Shown: positions 21,939 to 34,375, counted from the stretch's first letter. The stretch: DNA of 64,000 nucleotides from an uncultured Acidobacteriota bacterium (GCA_963804995.1 CAWDSK010000005.1:928001-992000), one strand, 5' to 3'. Notes: generated from the letters alone by a model not told the origin. Numbers and translations: made by a program.

Positions 21939-22247
21939 TTATTCCTCAGTATGAGCAAGTCCCAGCTCACCCAATCCTCCCCATGCCCGCTGCTCTTCCG
22001 TCTCGCGGGAGGATAAGGAATCGTAATAAAGTGCTGTGCGGGCGCCCAGCTTTTCGAGTTCGGCGCGGGCTTGGGCTTCCGCGACCAGCCGCTCGATAAA
22101 CGCGCTCACCGACGAGACTCCGGCTTGTCCGCGGTGGGCTTTGATAAAGCGGACTTTGTCCTTTGAGAGTGAAATGGTAATGCGCGCTTTTCCTGCGCCC
22201 TGAATGGTTGTATGACCGCGAGCGGCCCGGTCCTGTGGCATCTTCAT
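21939..22247 (-). CDS. RHH-type antitoxin
   Basis: ITISL beta strand, SAFIERL helix, YYDSL..EEQRAW tail; upstream of mazF. Confidence 0.8.
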   Translation of the reverse strand: MKMPQDRAARGHTTIQGAGKARITISLSKDKVRFIKAHRGQAGVSSVSAFIERLVAEAQARAELEKLGARTALYYDSLSSRETEEQRAWGGLGELGLAHTEE

Positions 22248-22254
22248 ACCCTCC

Positions 22255-22298
22255 GTATGAAATTAATTCATACTACTCGCAGCGCCGCGATGCGTCAA
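22255..22298 (-). promoter_or_regulatory. Promoter with palindromic operator for the TA pair
   Basis: Minus-strand TTGACG-17 bp-TAGTAT overlapping the palindrome GTATGAA-N5-TTCATAC. Confidence 0.65.
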
Positions 22299-22808
22299 GC
22301 AATCTTCCAGGACGGGCGGTTGGAGGAACGGCGCCCAAAAGGCAGTGGGCAGTAAGCGGTAGACAGGAGCTAGGAGTCAGGAGGCAGAAGGCGTCGCGCG
22401 CGGGGGTGCAGTCATATCGAATAACTCCATGTTGCCGCAAATTGACGAAGGCCGGACAACAGCAACAGATTTGTTGCTTTCATAAGGGCACGATAACAAA
22501 ACCTGTTGCTTGTCGGCAGTCTTCAGCCGTGGGTGGCGCATATGTTCCGCATTATGGGTGGTATGCGATCCCAAAGTTTGGAATCAAGGCAGGCTGGCGC
22601 AGGGCGAGCGCAGCCCTGCGATTTCTTCGAATCAAGCCAGCCGGTCCATGGTCAAGACGGACGAACCATTTAACAATGGAATTCGAAGCTTGAGGTGGCC
22701 GGGCTCGAAGTGGCGTCTATAGATCGGCACAATAGGAATATCGGCGAGTATAGTCAAAGGCGTGAATCGCAGAGCTGGGCTCGCTCTGCGCCAGCCTTAT
22801 CTTAGCCC

Positions 22809-23099
22809 TCAGCTCCGCACTTGTTTCGCTTCCTCTTGTTTCAGCCGCTCGGCCAGCAACACCTTGAGTAGAGACTGATAGGGAACATCACGCTGGTTGG
22901 CCAGGACTTTGAGCCGGGCGATCAGAGGTTCGGGCAAGCGCAGTGAAATGGTTCGGGTCGAAGGTTTCAGGTTGGGCAGCACAGCGCGTTGGGCTTTCGT
23001 CCAATCCAGGTAATCGCTTGAATCGTGGCTGGCCCAAAAAGCCCTTTCGTGCTCTGTGGACTTAAATTTCGGAATAACCTTCTTCTTCGGTTTGCTCAT
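22809..23099 (-). CDS. BrnA/CopG-type antitoxin
   Basis: IPKFKS..ERAFWASHD, TISLRLP, VPYQSLLK. Confidence 0.88.
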   Translation of the reverse strand: MSKPKKKVIPKFKSTEHERAFWASHDSSDYLDWTKAQRAVLPNLKPSTRTISLRLPEPLIARLKVLANQRDVPYQSLLKVLLAERLKQEEAKQVRS

Positions 23100-23103
23100 G
23101 GCT

Positions 23104-23382
23104 TTAATAGATTCTCCGTTCCTGGCGCGTCATGTCGCGCGCTGAAATCACGCGGATAAGTTTCCCTCGAAGGGTGAAGACCACAAACAGCCCGCGGCTT
23201 CGATCTGTCTGCCCCAGTGCATAGAACCTGGATTCTTCCTGGGAGGGTTCGAGGTCCCGGCGAACAACCATGGGTTGGTTAAAGAAAACCTCCTCGCACT
23301 CGGAGTCCGAGACGCGGTGCTTTGTCCAGTTCTTAACGGAGTTGCCCGGATCAAACCCAACGCAGTCAGTCCACGGATTCAT
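23104..23382 (-). CDS. BrnT family toxin
   Basis: KNWTKHRV, ECEEVF, VVFTLR, IRVISAR. The usual F-x-W-D motif appears shortened (GFDPGN). Confidence 0.85.
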   Translation of the reverse strand: MNPWTDCVGFDPGNSVKNWTKHRVSDSECEEVFFNQPMVVRRDLEPSQEESRFYALGQTDRSRGLFVVFTLRGKLIRVISARDMTRQERRIY

Positions 23383-23419
23383 TGTATATGATGTTTATAT
23401 ACGCTGTGCGGTAAAAAGT

Positions 23420-24790
23420 CCAGAGGGAAACAAGTAGCCACGCAGTGAAGTCCTGCCCGTGGCCTTTTCTCCCGCCCGATGCCCAGTGGAAACTGACGGT
23501 GGCTAAGAGCTGACAGCTAACAGCCAACAGCTAACAGCCAACAGCTCTCAGCCCTCAGCTTTCAGCTCTCAGTTTTCTGTTGCAGCGCGGGTGTCCTCAC
23601 CCGCGTCTTCGCGGTAACGCGACACGTAAAACCCGGGTGGGGACACCCGGATTAGACGCAGGTGGGAACACCCGCGCTACAAGTTGACAGCTCACAGCCG
23701 ACCAATGGGACCTGGTCTAGGGGTTGGGGGTTGGGAATTTGGGATACGGGACACGGGTTACGGGGTTAGGGATTCGGGGTTAGGGATTAGGGGTTAGTGA
23801 CTCCTGGCTCCTGGCTCCTGGCTTCTGGCTCCTCACTCCTAGCTCCTGACTCGTAGCTCCTCTCACCCAGTCCCGAATTCCCAATCCCAAATCCCGAACC
23901 CCTAGTCCCCAGTCCCGAATCCCGTGCCCCGTTTCCCGTACCCCGAATCCCGTATCCCGAACCCCTAATCCCGAGTCCCGTGTCCCCTACCCCGTCTCCC
24001 GTTTCCCGGCCGCTGAGCCCTCCCCCCTCGGACATTATGGCCCCCGGGGGTGTCCCAGAAGTTGCTTTCCGCGGGGCATAGCGAGCGACGTTCCCACCAA
24101 AAAGCTCCAATGTGGGACTGGTAATACCTCGCACGGCGATGTCCGGACGCCCGGAGCATTCAGCCATGGTCACCCACCTGACCGACTTCGCCCCGCCCGT
24201 GACACGCACTCCCCTGAGCTGACAGCTCACAGTAAGTCCCCAGCCCCGAATCCCAAGTACCTAGGTCCCAGTCCCGAGCGCCGTATCCCGAACCCCTAAT
24301 CCCTCGTCCCCCGGTAGCCGGCCGTGACACACTACCCCGTATCGGTTATCGACGGATTGCTCCACGAACATGAGCCACAAATCGATATCGGGTTCGAAGA
24401 TCACTCGAACGGCTCGATGAACCGATGTACCGATGACCCGATCACCCGATGCATGAATTGCCCACCCCCCAACCGACATGACTCGGCCGCGACACACTCC
24501 CCCCTATCGGTGATCGGTGGGATCGACGCCAAGGATGAGGCAATTTGAGTACCCCGGAACCAACCGCTTGCCCCCTCACCCGGCGCGCCCCGGCTGGTAA
24601 AAGCGCCGGCAGCGCGCCACCCTTATCCGCCACGGCGGAGCTGCGACCCCTCGGAGAGGGCTATGCATCTTCACCTTGTGCTGATATACCCATGGACCGA
24701 TGGCCCACCCCCCAACCGACCTGATCCGGCCGTGACACACTACCCCATATCGGTGATCGGTGGGTTGTCTCACGAGCATGAGCCCAACTT
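23420..24790 (-). repeat. Composite repeat block (REP triplet, heptamer tracts, GTGACACACTACCCC repeats); inverted relative of 36385-37200
   Basis: REP hairpins at 23582-23680; heptamers at 23505-23575 and 23720-24000; three copies of GTGACACACT..TATCGGT(T/G)ATCG near 24324, 24490 and 24732. Confidence 0.8.
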
Positions 24791-24885
24791 CACAAAGACC
24801 TGCAAGAACCGATAGCTGCGGCGTTCTCCCTGTGAGTGCAAAAAAGCTGTTGCGGCGCTAATCAAGCGCCCCCAGGAGACACGTC

Positions 24886-27800
24886 ATGAACGCCCCGCAG
24901 GCCCACCACCCACGCAGGTTCTGGTTCTTCATTCTCACTGCTTCCCTGATGATTACCTCACTCATGGTGATGCAGCCCTTCTCCGCGACCGATGGAGAGA
25001 AGGCTACTGCTACCTACACGCAGGGTATGCTGCACGTGGCCATCCCTTACCGGGCTGTTAGCGGCGGTGCGGGGCAACTGACCCTGGAGGTTCTGGACCC
25101 GGAAGACAGAGTCCTGGCGCACGCCGAGCGGGGCGTCGAAGTCGCCGAGGGGAAGGGGCGATGGCGGGAGGAGGTCAAGCTCGACAAACCGCTGCCGCTC
25201 GAAGACCTGGTCTGGCATCGCCTGCGTTACCGCTTTGAATACCGCGAGGGCAAAGGTGAGGCGCTCGAGGGCACGGAATCTATCTCGCAGATCATCCGCA
25301 CGCCGGTGGTTCACATCTTGGGGCAGCAATCCTACCTGAGCGGTGGCCAGGCGGCGGTGCGGGTGATCGTGACGGATTCGAGGGATGAGATCATCACCGG
25401 CGCGGGCTCGGTGCGAATCGAACTCGTGGCCGAGAACCAAAAGCCTCGCGTCCTCTTCACGGGGCGGCTGAATCGCCGCGGCACCACCGAAGCGCAGTTC
25501 CGCTTTCCTGCCGGCCTGGTGGGTGGTTATGACCTGCGTTATGTCGTGGACACCTCGATCGGCTCCACGGAATTCACCCAGTCCATGCGCCTGGAAGACA
25601 AGGTTTCGATCCTTCTTACAACTGAGAAACCAATCTATCAGCCGGGGCAGACCCTACACGTGCGCGCGCTGGCGCTTGACCGGTCGAACCACCAGGCAGC
25701 CGCCAGCCGCAAGCTGACCTTTGAATTGGAAGATTCCCGCGGCAACAAGGTCTTCAAGAAACTGACCGCGACGGACGAGTTTGGAATCGCTTCGGCCGAA
25801 TTCGCGCTCGCGGACGAGGTGAACCTGGGAACTTACCACCTCCGAGCGTTGATGGGTGAGGCGGACGCTGTCCCAGCCAATCAAGCGGAAATCGCACTGA
25901 ACGTCCAAAAATACGTTTTGCCGAAATTCAAGGTGGCGATCGACTTCGCGGGCCCAGACAACAAGGCGAAGCGTGGGTACCGGCCCGGCGACCACGTGAC
26001 GGGGACCGTCCACGCCAACTATTTTTTTGGAAAGGCCGTGGAGAATGGTGAGATTACGGTCAAGGCCTCCAGCCTCGACGTCACCGTGTTTGAGGTGGCC
26101 TCCGTCGATGGTAAGACCGATCGCGACGGGACCTATCACTTTGATCTCCGCCTGCCCACCTACTTTGCCGGACGCCCACTCAGCCAGGGTGCCGCGCGCG
26201 TGTTGATTGAAGCCACAGTGAAAGATTCCGCCGGTCATGCCGAAACCCGCGGCGAACCGATCACCGTCAGCGAATCGCCCCTGCTTATCACGGCAATTCC
26301 CGAAGGTGGCACACTTATCCCTAATTTGGAGAACCAGGTTTTCATCCTGACTTCCTACCCAGACGGAACGCCCGCGAGTTCCAATCTAATTGTCCGATCC
26401 GAGGGAAACCCCGAGCAGCATATGACCACTGACGATGGTGGCGTAGGTGTGGTTCTATTAAGGGGTTTAACAGGTACCAAGGCTTTGTCAATCGAAGCGC
26501 GGGACAAAGAGGGCAACCACGCTGCGAGCTACGGTGCAGCTCCAAGCCCGCGAGGGACAGGACCAGATTCTGTTGCGCACGGAGCGCGCCGTCTATCGCG
26601 CGGGAGAGCAGATCCAATTGAAAGTTTTCTCCACGCGCCAGCGGGGCACGGCGTACTTGGACATCGTCAAAGAAGGACAGACGGTGCTGACGCGCGACCT
26701 GGACATCGAAAACGGCCAGGCGATGCTCACGCTTACCGCCACGCCGGAAATGGCGGGGACGGTGGACTTCAACGCCTATCTCTTTAGCCGCAATGCACAG
26801 CCGGTCGGCGACCATCGGCTGGTGTTCGTACAGCCGGCGGATGAGCTAAAAATTGAAGCGGTGGCGGATTCCGCCGTCTACAAACCCGGTGAGGACGCGC
26901 GCATCCGTTTCCGCGTGACGAATGCGCGTGGTGAAGGGGTCCGTGCCGCAATGGGCCTTCAGGTCATTGATGAAGCGGTATTCGCGCTGGCGGAAAAGCA
27001 GCCGGGTTTTGCCAAGGTATTTTTCTACCTGGAACAGGAAGTGCTGAAGCCTCGCTATGAGATCCACTCGATCGGTATGCCCGAAATCGTCGAGCCGGTT
27101 GAAACCTCCAAGGTTGACCAGCGCGATCGTGCCGCGCGCGCTTTGTTTTCAGCCACGGAAATCGTGAGCGCCAACAAGTTTGAAACGGAATTCGGCGGCA
27201 CCGTACCTTCGACGAAATATGCTGATTATGCCAATCGATACCAAACGCAGTTCCTCGCTGAGGTGCGCCGCCTGGCGGAAAAACTCAGTAGCGCCTACGT
27301 GGAAAACCCCGGCTCGGGAGACGTCGCGCGGATTGCCGGCAAGATGGCGCGAGCCGGCGCACCTGAGATGCGCGATCCCTGGGGCGCCGGCCTGCGCGTC
27401 GAACCCGCGGAGTGGGATTCCCAGAAAACCTACTATCGAGTCCGCAGTGCGGGCCCCGATAAGGAATTTGACACTGGAGATGACCTCGAGATCTACCTGG
27501 AAGTTCACCACCGGAAGATTGTGGGCCGCCCCAGTTCGAGTCCCAGCAGCATCGGGATAACTATCGAACCTGATCGCGGGCCCTTTGGTTCGACCGGCGA
27601 GATTGTGGGAACAGTGGTTGACCAGAGGGGCGATGTACTGGAAGGCGCCACGGTCAGCGCACGCAAACTCTCCACAAGGCATTTGAGGACGGCGACGGTA
27701 GATGCCCGGGGCAATTTTGGATTGCGTGCTCTGCCAGCCGGCAATTACGAAGTCGTGGTTTCCATGGGTGCGGAGAGCGTCTCAAGGACCAAGATCACGA

Positions 27801-30239
27801 TCGCGCCACGCGACCGCGCCATCCTCGCCGTCCTTCTTCAGTCGAAAGACGCGGAAACCGTAGTGGTGGTGAACGAAGCCATGCGACACCATGACCAAGT
27901 TCAAAGTCGGGCCCAGGGGTGGAATCGGTGGGCTGGGGCCGCGGGATTGGCGGGCGGCGTCTTTGAAGACGCGCGCCATGCGCAGAATATGGCGGACGGT
28001 TAGGAGCCGGCGCATGGCGATGCCCGCGCCGCGCCGCCGCGTCACCTAGGGGCGCGCCCGCTCCCGTCAGCAGTGCGACGCTTGCCAAGGATGAGTCCGG
28101 CTTCCTCCGCCCCGCGCGTGCGCTCATACTTTCCGGAGGCGCTCTACATCAATCCGGAAATCATTACGGACGGTGACGGCCGCGCCAGCATTGCGATTCC
28201 GCTGGCCGATTCCATTACCACTTGGCGGATGGCGATGCTGGCCTCGACGCCGCACGGCGCTCTGGGAAGTGCCACATCCAGCCTGAAGGTTTTCCAGGAT
28301 TTCTTTGTGGACCTCGATCTCCCCGTCACGCTCACGCAAGGTGACCGGGTTTCGATCCCCGTGGCCGTTTACAACTACTCCGGCCAGCAGGGGGACGTCA
28401 GCCTGCAGCTTCAGCCCGACGACTGGTACTCGCTGGCGGATGATGTGGCCGATAAAACCGTTGCGGTGGATTCCGGGCGCGTGGGTGGATCGCAGTTCAC
28501 GCTGGAAGCCAAGCGCATCGGGAAATTCAAACTGACGCTTTCCGCACGCATGCAGGGCGGCGCCAGTCGCGCTGACATCGTGGTTCGGGAAATCGAAGTC
28601 ATTCCCAACGGGCGCGAGCAGAATCTGGTCTTCAATGGACGCCTGGAATCCTCCGTGCAGCATGAACTGAATTTCCCTGCCGGGACTATCCCCGACGCCA
28701 CCAAGATTTTCGTCCGCCTCTATCCCGGCCCGTTGAGCCAGGTTATCGAAGGCATGGACAGCATCTTGCGCATGCCGGGCGGCTGCTTTGAGCAGACTTC
28801 CTCCAGCACTTATCCCAACGTGCTGGCGCTTGATTACATGAAGCGCACCAAGAAGCTGACTCCCGAAGTGCACGCGAAAGCGGAGGGGTACATCGCCAAC
28901 GGCTATCAGCGCCTGCTGACGTTTGAAGTTCCGGGGGGCGGCTTCTCCTGGTTCGGCAGCGCGCCCGCCAACAAGATCCTGACGGCATACGGCCTGATGG
29001 AGTTCTACGACATGTCGAAGGTCTACGAGGTTGATCCGAACCTGATTCTGCGCACCCAGCAATGGCTCGCCGGGCAACAGCAGGCGGACGGCAGTTGGAA
29101 GCCGGATACCTCCTTCATCAACGAAGGCGCGACGAATCGCTACAACTCCGATGTGTTGCGGATTACGGCTTATATCGCGTGGTCGCTGGAGAATACGGGT
29201 TACCAGGGACCGGCGGTGGAAAGAGCAAAGCAGTTCATCGAGAAACATCTGAACGCCAAGCTGGACGCCTACACGCTGGCGGTGCTCGCGAACTTCGCCA
29301 CGGACTTTGGCAAGGACCGCGACTTTACCCGCCAAACGATGCAAATGCTGCTCGATGCCCGCACCGAAAAAGACGAGCAGGCGTGGTGGAGCGCGGAGGA
29401 AACCGCGGTCTATTCCACCGGCGCGAGCGCCAGCGTGGAGACCACCGGGCTGGCCGTGCAAGCACTGCTCAAGTGGGGCCAGGCCTCGGGCACAGCGCGC
29501 AAGGCGCTCGCCTACATTGCCGCAAAGAAGGACGCGTCCGGCACGTGGGGCACGACGCAGGCGACCATCATGGCGCTGCGATCCTTGCTGCTCGCTACCG
29601 AGAAAGGTTCGGCGGACGTCCGCGGCACGCTGGAGGTTTTGCTGAACGGCAAGCCGGTGGAGAAGCTCGTTCTGACGCCGGAGAATAACGACCTGCTCCA
29701 CCAGTTTGTTTTCAAGGGAATCGATTCCCAGGGCGCCAACCGCGTGGAAATCCGCTTTGAGGGAAAGGGTGGCTTGGCCTACCAGGTGGTGGGGCGATAC
29801 TTCCTGCCCTGGGACCAGAAGCCGGCGGATGAAGCTCTCTCCATTAATGTGGCATACGACCGCACGCACCTTGCGCAGAACGACATCGCCACGGCCACCG
29901 CGACAATCAAGAACAACCTGGCGAAGTCCGCGAACATGGTGATGGTTGACTTGGGGATTCCTCCCGGATTCGACCTGCTGAGCGAGGATTTGCAGGCATA
30001 CCAGGAAAAGAGTGCGGGGCAGCAAGAGCGGTCACCTGGAGAAGTTCAGCCTGACGGCGACGCAGGCCATCCTCTACTTCGATTCCTTCACGCCGGGCGA
30101 GACCGTCACGTTACAGTTCCGCCTGCGCGCCAAGTATCCCATCCGCGCTCACACCTTCCAGTCGCGCGTGTATGAATACTACGATCCGGAAGTCAGCTCG
30201 ATCGCGCGGCCCGTGCAACTGGAGGTTCGCGAGCGTTAA
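24886..30239 (+). CDS. Alpha-2-macroglobulin family thioester protein, frameshifted near 26525, 27900-28070 and 30020
   Basis: TEKPIYQPGQ, YVLPKF, RSYFPE, LADSITTW, GCFEQ thioester motif (28781-28795), GGFSWF, YEYYDPE. Confidence 0.9.
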
Positions 30240-30397
30240 GTCGGCACGTCAGGGCACGATCTGAAGTCTACTCAACCGGCGGCAAGGTGTTCCCAATCAG
30301 GGTCGCCTTCCGCCAGTGCTCCCACGCTGGCGATACCTCTTACTGTTTTGCCTTCTGAGCCATCGATCACCCTACCTCACAGCCTTCTCTAGCCAGC

Positions 30398-30411
30398 GTG
30401 ACAAAAGTCAT
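30398..30411. promoter_or_regulatory. Crp/Fnr-family-like site upstream of ric
   Basis: GTGAC-AAAA-GTCAT (TGA-N6-TCA) followed by a TAACAT -10-like box. Confidence 0.5.
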
Positions 30412-30492
30412 CGGCACGCCCTTGCTGGTCCACTAACATCGAAATGTTGAGCGCGGCTGCAAGGCATGGACCTGGCCCGCGAGGAGGATGCA

Positions 30493-31218
30493 ATGAATGT
30501 GACTACGGAAAAGACGGTACGGGAGATTGCCTTGGAAAGCTCTGGCGCCACAAGAGTTTTTGAAAAGTTAGGGATCGACTATTGCTGTGGCGGCAATAGG
30601 ACGCTTGAAGAAGCTTGCCGCACGGCCAGCCTTTCGGTTAGGGACGTACTGGACTCGCTCGAAGCGGCCGACCAATCAGCACGCGCTACTCCGAGGGACC
30701 GCGATTGGCAAGCGGAGTCCTTGGTCGAACTGATCTCACACATCACGAACACTTACCACAAGTACACACGCGAAGAGATTGCCCGGCTCGGTCCACTTTT
30801 TGACAAAGTTTGCTCTGTCCATGGAAACAATCATCCCGAACTTCTTGAGCTTCGTGCCACTTTCCAGGGCTTGGCTCAGGAATTGACCCTGCACATGATG
30901 AAAGAAGAGAAGGTTCTGTTCCCACACGTAATAAGAATGGAAGTGGCAGCTATCGCGAAGGCGCCCATCCCGTCGTCACCCTTCGGCAGCGTACAGAACC
31001 CCGTGTCGATGATGGAGCATGAGCATGACTCCGCCGGCAACGCCCTTCGTGCCTTGCGGGGGGCCAGCAACGGCTATGCCGCACCTGGCGATGCCTGTGT
31101 GAGCTACCAGACCCTCTACAAAGCCTTGGCTGAGTTTGAGGCCGATCTGCACCAGCACATTCATCTTGAAAACAACATCCTGTTTCCCCGCGCGATTGCG
31201 TTGGAAAAGACGCAGTAA
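30493..31218 (+). CDS. ric: Iron-sulfur cluster repair di-iron protein (Ric/ScdA/YtfE)
   Basis: GAGGAGG RBS; GIDYCCGG, HMMKEE, MEHEH, HIHLENNILF. Confidence 0.95.
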   Translation: MNVTTEKTVREIALESSGATRVFEKLGIDYCCGGNRTLEEACRTASLSVRDVLDSLEAADQSARATPRDRDWQAESLVELISHITNTYHKYTREEIARLGPLFDKVCSVHGNNHPELLELRATFQGLAQELTLHMMKEEKVLFPHVIRMEVAAIAKAPIPSSPFGSVQNPVSMMEHEHDSAGNALRALRGASNGYAAPGDACVSYQTLYKALAEFEADLHQHIHLENNILFPRAIALEKTQ

Positions 31219-31245
31219 CAAATCACTAGGCATGGCCGGGATTCT

Positions 31246-31482
31246 CTAGCGTGTAATGCGCAGGGTCCACTTCGACTGGAGGGGCGGCGTGTCGGCCCGC
31301 AACAGAATGCGGTACAGGCGTTCCCCCCAGGACTGGCGAAGCTCCGCGTTGTCGATGGGAATTTCCTCCACAGCGGCATGGAAGGCTCGTCCGTCGTAAG
31401 CGATGCGCACGGGCTCGCCCGAGGGCATCGTCAATATGAGCTTGCCGGGAGCCGGAGTCTGTTCCTCTGCCAAGCTGGTCAT
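31246..31482 (-). pseudogene. Probable C-terminal remnant of a heparinase II/III-like protein
   Basis: IPIDNAELRQSWGERLYRILL resembles the C-termini of that family; no N-terminal part present. Confidence 0.4.
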
Positions 31483-31531
31483 GCCCGGATATAATAAGGT
31501 TCTATCGCAATGGCTTTGTGAGGAGACAACT

Positions 31532-32254
31532 GTGGCTACTAGCTTTCAGGGATTCACGGCTGATTCATTTCTTTTTTTCGAAGAACTCGCGCGCAACAAT
31601 CACAAGGCGTGGTTTGACTTGAACCGCGCTCGCTACGACCAGCACGTCGTGGGAGCCTTTCGTGGACTGCTGGAGGCTTTGACGCCGTTCCTCGTGAAAC
31701 TCAATCCGCATTTTGAAACCGGCGGCAAGACCAACGGTAACTTTTCGCGCATCAATCGCGACATTCGTTTCGCCAAGGACAAGAGCCCCTACAAGTCGAA
31801 CTTCTATCTTTACGTGTACGACAGCCGCCACGAGCGCGGCCATGCGGGGCGCTTATACGTAGGGCTTTCGGCGGATTGCCTCACGGTGGGCTTTTCGATT
31901 TATGGAAGTTGGCGTGGTCCCAAAGGGGCGCTGGAAACTTTGTTTCGCAAACGCCTGGTCACTCATCGCAAAGTTTTCGACGGCCTCCTGGCGCGCGTGG
32001 TGCGTGGGCGTCGTTACGAAACTTACTGGCATCGTGAGGAGAAAGGTGAGTGGGCGCAGCACGCAGGTTTGCCGCGGCGCGATGAGGACTGGCAGACTCT
32101 GCACGCCTGGGTGGTGCGCAAAGTGTTTTTGCCGAACGCCCGCGGTCTTGCCAAACCGGGATTCGTTCGTGAGGTTGAGCGTATCTTTTCCGAACTCTAT
32201 CCGCTTTATATGTTCACCTCCGATGCCAAAATCCGGTGGGACAAGGGTCGCTAG
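31532..32254 (+). CDS. DUF2461 family protein
   Basis: AGGAGA RBS + GTG; FFEELARNNHKAWF, RINRDIRFAKDKSPYK. Confidence 0.9.
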   Translation: MATSFQGFTADSFLFFEELARNNHKAWFDLNRARYDQHVVGAFRGLLEALTPFLVKLNPHFETGGKTNGNFSRINRDIRFAKDKSPYKSNFYLYVYDSRHERGHAGRLYVGLSADCLTVGFSIYGSWRGPKGALETLFRKRLVTHRKVFDGLLARVVRGRRYETYWHREEKGEWAQHAGLPRRDEDWQTLHAWVVRKVFLPNARGLAKPGFVREVERIFSELYPLYMFTSDAKIRWDKGR

Positions 32255-32670
32255 GCCTCTCTACGGGTAACAATTGGGACATCCGGGGCCTGACCAATCC
32301 GCCTAGTCGGGCATTTTGTGGGGCAGGTTATGGTGGGACAAAGCTGGGACGGCCTTGCTGAGATTCGGACTCTATGGCGTGGCTGGCGGGGTCGGCAGGA
32401 TCAATTCCAGAGTCAGAGGCGGAATCTCAGACCTGGGAATCTGGTAGTGTCCTAGTTTGGAAAAATGCCCCACGTGCCCCCTCACCCGTCCCGCCCCGGC
32501 TGATGAATACGCCGGCGGCGGTCCACCCTCTCCCCTCGGAGAGGGCTGTTATTCACGGTGGGGTGCTCCATCGGCATATGCAGAAGATAGGTCTCCAATT
32601 CGGCCAGTGGGCGCTTCGATATAACTTTCCCGTGGCCGGAACTACCCTGAAATAATAGCCTTCTCCCCAG

Positions 32671-34375
32671 GAGCTTGTGACTTTTTGGGTCACCAGTGAG
32701 GGGGGATGGGTGGGGGGAGGAGGCAGAAAATCGGGAGCGGAGGTACGGAGAGAGAAAAAAGCTGGCGGTTGGGTCGGTACTTGTATTAATATAAATGTTA
32801 TGGACAACGTTTTACATTCAGATGATTTTAAATTAGGAATGGAACCGGCGGTAGGTCAGGAAGCGGAAGGAAAGGAAGAGAAGGGCGCGAAGGGGGCAGC
32901 AGAGCGGCGCGGGGCGGTGCGTTTGCGCCGGCCGGAGCGCCAGCAGATGGCCTGGGTGGCGCAATGTCCGGACGATCTGGTGGGGCCGGGGCACGGGGTG
33001 CGGCGGGTGGCGGCGGTGGTGGAGCGCTTGGACTTAGCGGCGTTCCGCCTGCCGATCAAGGCGCGGGAAGGAGGGGCTGGACGGGACGCGACCGATCCCC
33101 AGCTTTTAGTGTCGCTGTGGTTATACGCCTGTGTGCGGGGCATCGGTGCGGCGCGCGAACTGGCGCGGCAGTGCCAGGAGCATGCGGCCTTTCGCTGGCT
33201 GTGCGGAGGGGTGACGGTGAACCACCGTTTGCTGTCGGACTTTCGCACCGATCACGCCGAGGCCTTGGACACCCTGTTCACGCAAGTGATCGCTGCTCTG
33301 GTGGATAAAGGAGTGGTGAAGGTCAGCCGCATCAGCCAGGACGGAATGCGGGTGCGGGTGGGGGCGGGGAAGAAGAGTTTTCGGCGGGAAAGGCGGCTGG
33401 AGGAACTGCTGGGGGAAGCGGAACGGCACGTGGCGGAGTTGAGACGGCAACTGGAGTCGCCGGAAGGAGCGGGGCTGAGCGCGCGGCAAGCGGCGGCGCG
33501 GAAGCGGGCGGCGCAGGAGCGGCAGAAACGCCTGCAGGAGGCGATTGCGCAACTGCCGGAGCTGCAACGCCGGCACACCGCAAGGGTAAAGCGGACGGGG
33601 GGAAAACGGGGCCAGGAGATTGCGGCGCAGCCTCCGCGGGTGAGCACGACGGATGCGGAAGCGCGCATCATGAAGATGCCCAACGGGGGCTACGACCCGG
33701 CGGTGAATGTGCAGTTGGCGGCGGACCCGGAGAGCCGCGCCATTGTGGGGGTGGAGGTGAGCGCGGAAGGTTCGGACTCGGGAGGACTGAGCGCGCCGCT
33801 GCGGGAACAGGTGGAACAGCGCACGGGCGGGAAGGTGGAAGAGCACTTGTTGGACGGCGGGTACCTGCGCAAGGAAGACTTGGAAGCGGCACACGCGCAG
33901 GGCGTGGCGCTGTTCATCCCGCCGCACACGGCGCAAAATCGTCAGAAGCGGGGGAAGGAACTGGAGCCCCAGAAGGGCGACAGCGAGGCCGTACGAGAGT
34001 GGAAGCAACGCATGAAAAGTGAGGAGGGAAAGAAAATCTATCAGCAGAGAGCGGCGACGAGTGAAACCGTCAACGCCGACTTGCGCACCTATCGCGGTTT
34101 GGGCCGCATCCTGGTGCGCGGGCTGGCCAAGGCACGCTGCGTGGCACTGTGGTGCGCCCTGGCTTACAACGTGATGCACTTCGCGCCCCTGTTGCTGGGC
34201 TAACCAAGCCCTGCCCAGCCGTACCGGGCACGGGTGTAGGGCGGATTCCCCCGGTACTCCTTGCCGCGCGGCACCGCTCCACCGGCCAAGGGGAGCCCTC
34301 TCGCGCACTTCCCAAGCTGCCCACTACCTGACCCGCCCCACCGCGTAACGGTGGCTTCGAAAAAGTCACAAGCTC
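32671..34375 (+). mobile_element. IS1182-family insertion sequence
   Basis: IRs GAGCTTGTGACTTTTT / AAAAAGTCACAAGCTC with a CAG direct repeat; single transposase ORF. Confidence 0.9.
32800..34203 (+). CDS. IS1182-family transposase
   Basis: LVSLWLYA, NHRLLSDFR, QDGMRV, STTDAEARIMK, LLDGGY, YQQRAATSETVN. Confidence 0.9.
   Translation: MDNVLHSDDFKLGMEPAVGQEAEGKEEKGAKGAAERRGAVRLRRPERQQMAWVAQCPDDLVGPGHGVRRVAAVVERLDLAAFRLPIKAREGGAGRDATDPQLLVSLWLYACVRGIGAARELARQCQEHAAFRWLCGGVTVNHRLLSDFRTDHAEALDTLFTQVIAALVDKGVVKVSRISQDGMRVRVGAGKKSFRRERRLEELLGEAERHVAELRRQLESPEGAGLSARQAAARKRAAQERQKRLQEAIAQLPELQRRHTARVKRTGGKRGQEIAAQPPRVSTTDAEARIMKMPNGGYDPAVNVQLAADPESRAIVGVEVSAEGSDSGGLSAPLREQVEQRTGGKVEEHLLDGGYLRKEDLEAAHAQGVALFIPPHTAQNRQKRGKELEPQKGDSEAVREWKQRMKSEEGKKIYQQRAATSETVNADLRTYRGLGRILVRGLAKARCVALWCALAYNVMHFAPLLLG

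Noticed and set aside
22370..22800. ORF 22208-22693 or palindromes such as AGCAACAGATTTGTTGCT as a distinct element
   Set aside because: No recognisable protein motif and no second copy in the window to define boundaries.
23787..24779. ORFs across the heptamer and palindrome tracts
   Set aside because: Low-complexity translations of repeats with no RBS or family motifs.
24324..24790. Three ~30-bp GTGACACACT repeats as a mini-CRISPR
   Set aside because: Spacing is long and irregular, and the spacers are themselves repeats.
2382..30025. Long antisense ORFs (e.g. 2382-3887, 7240-8262, 28124-30025)
   Set aside because: Shadows of high-GC coding genes on the opposite strand.
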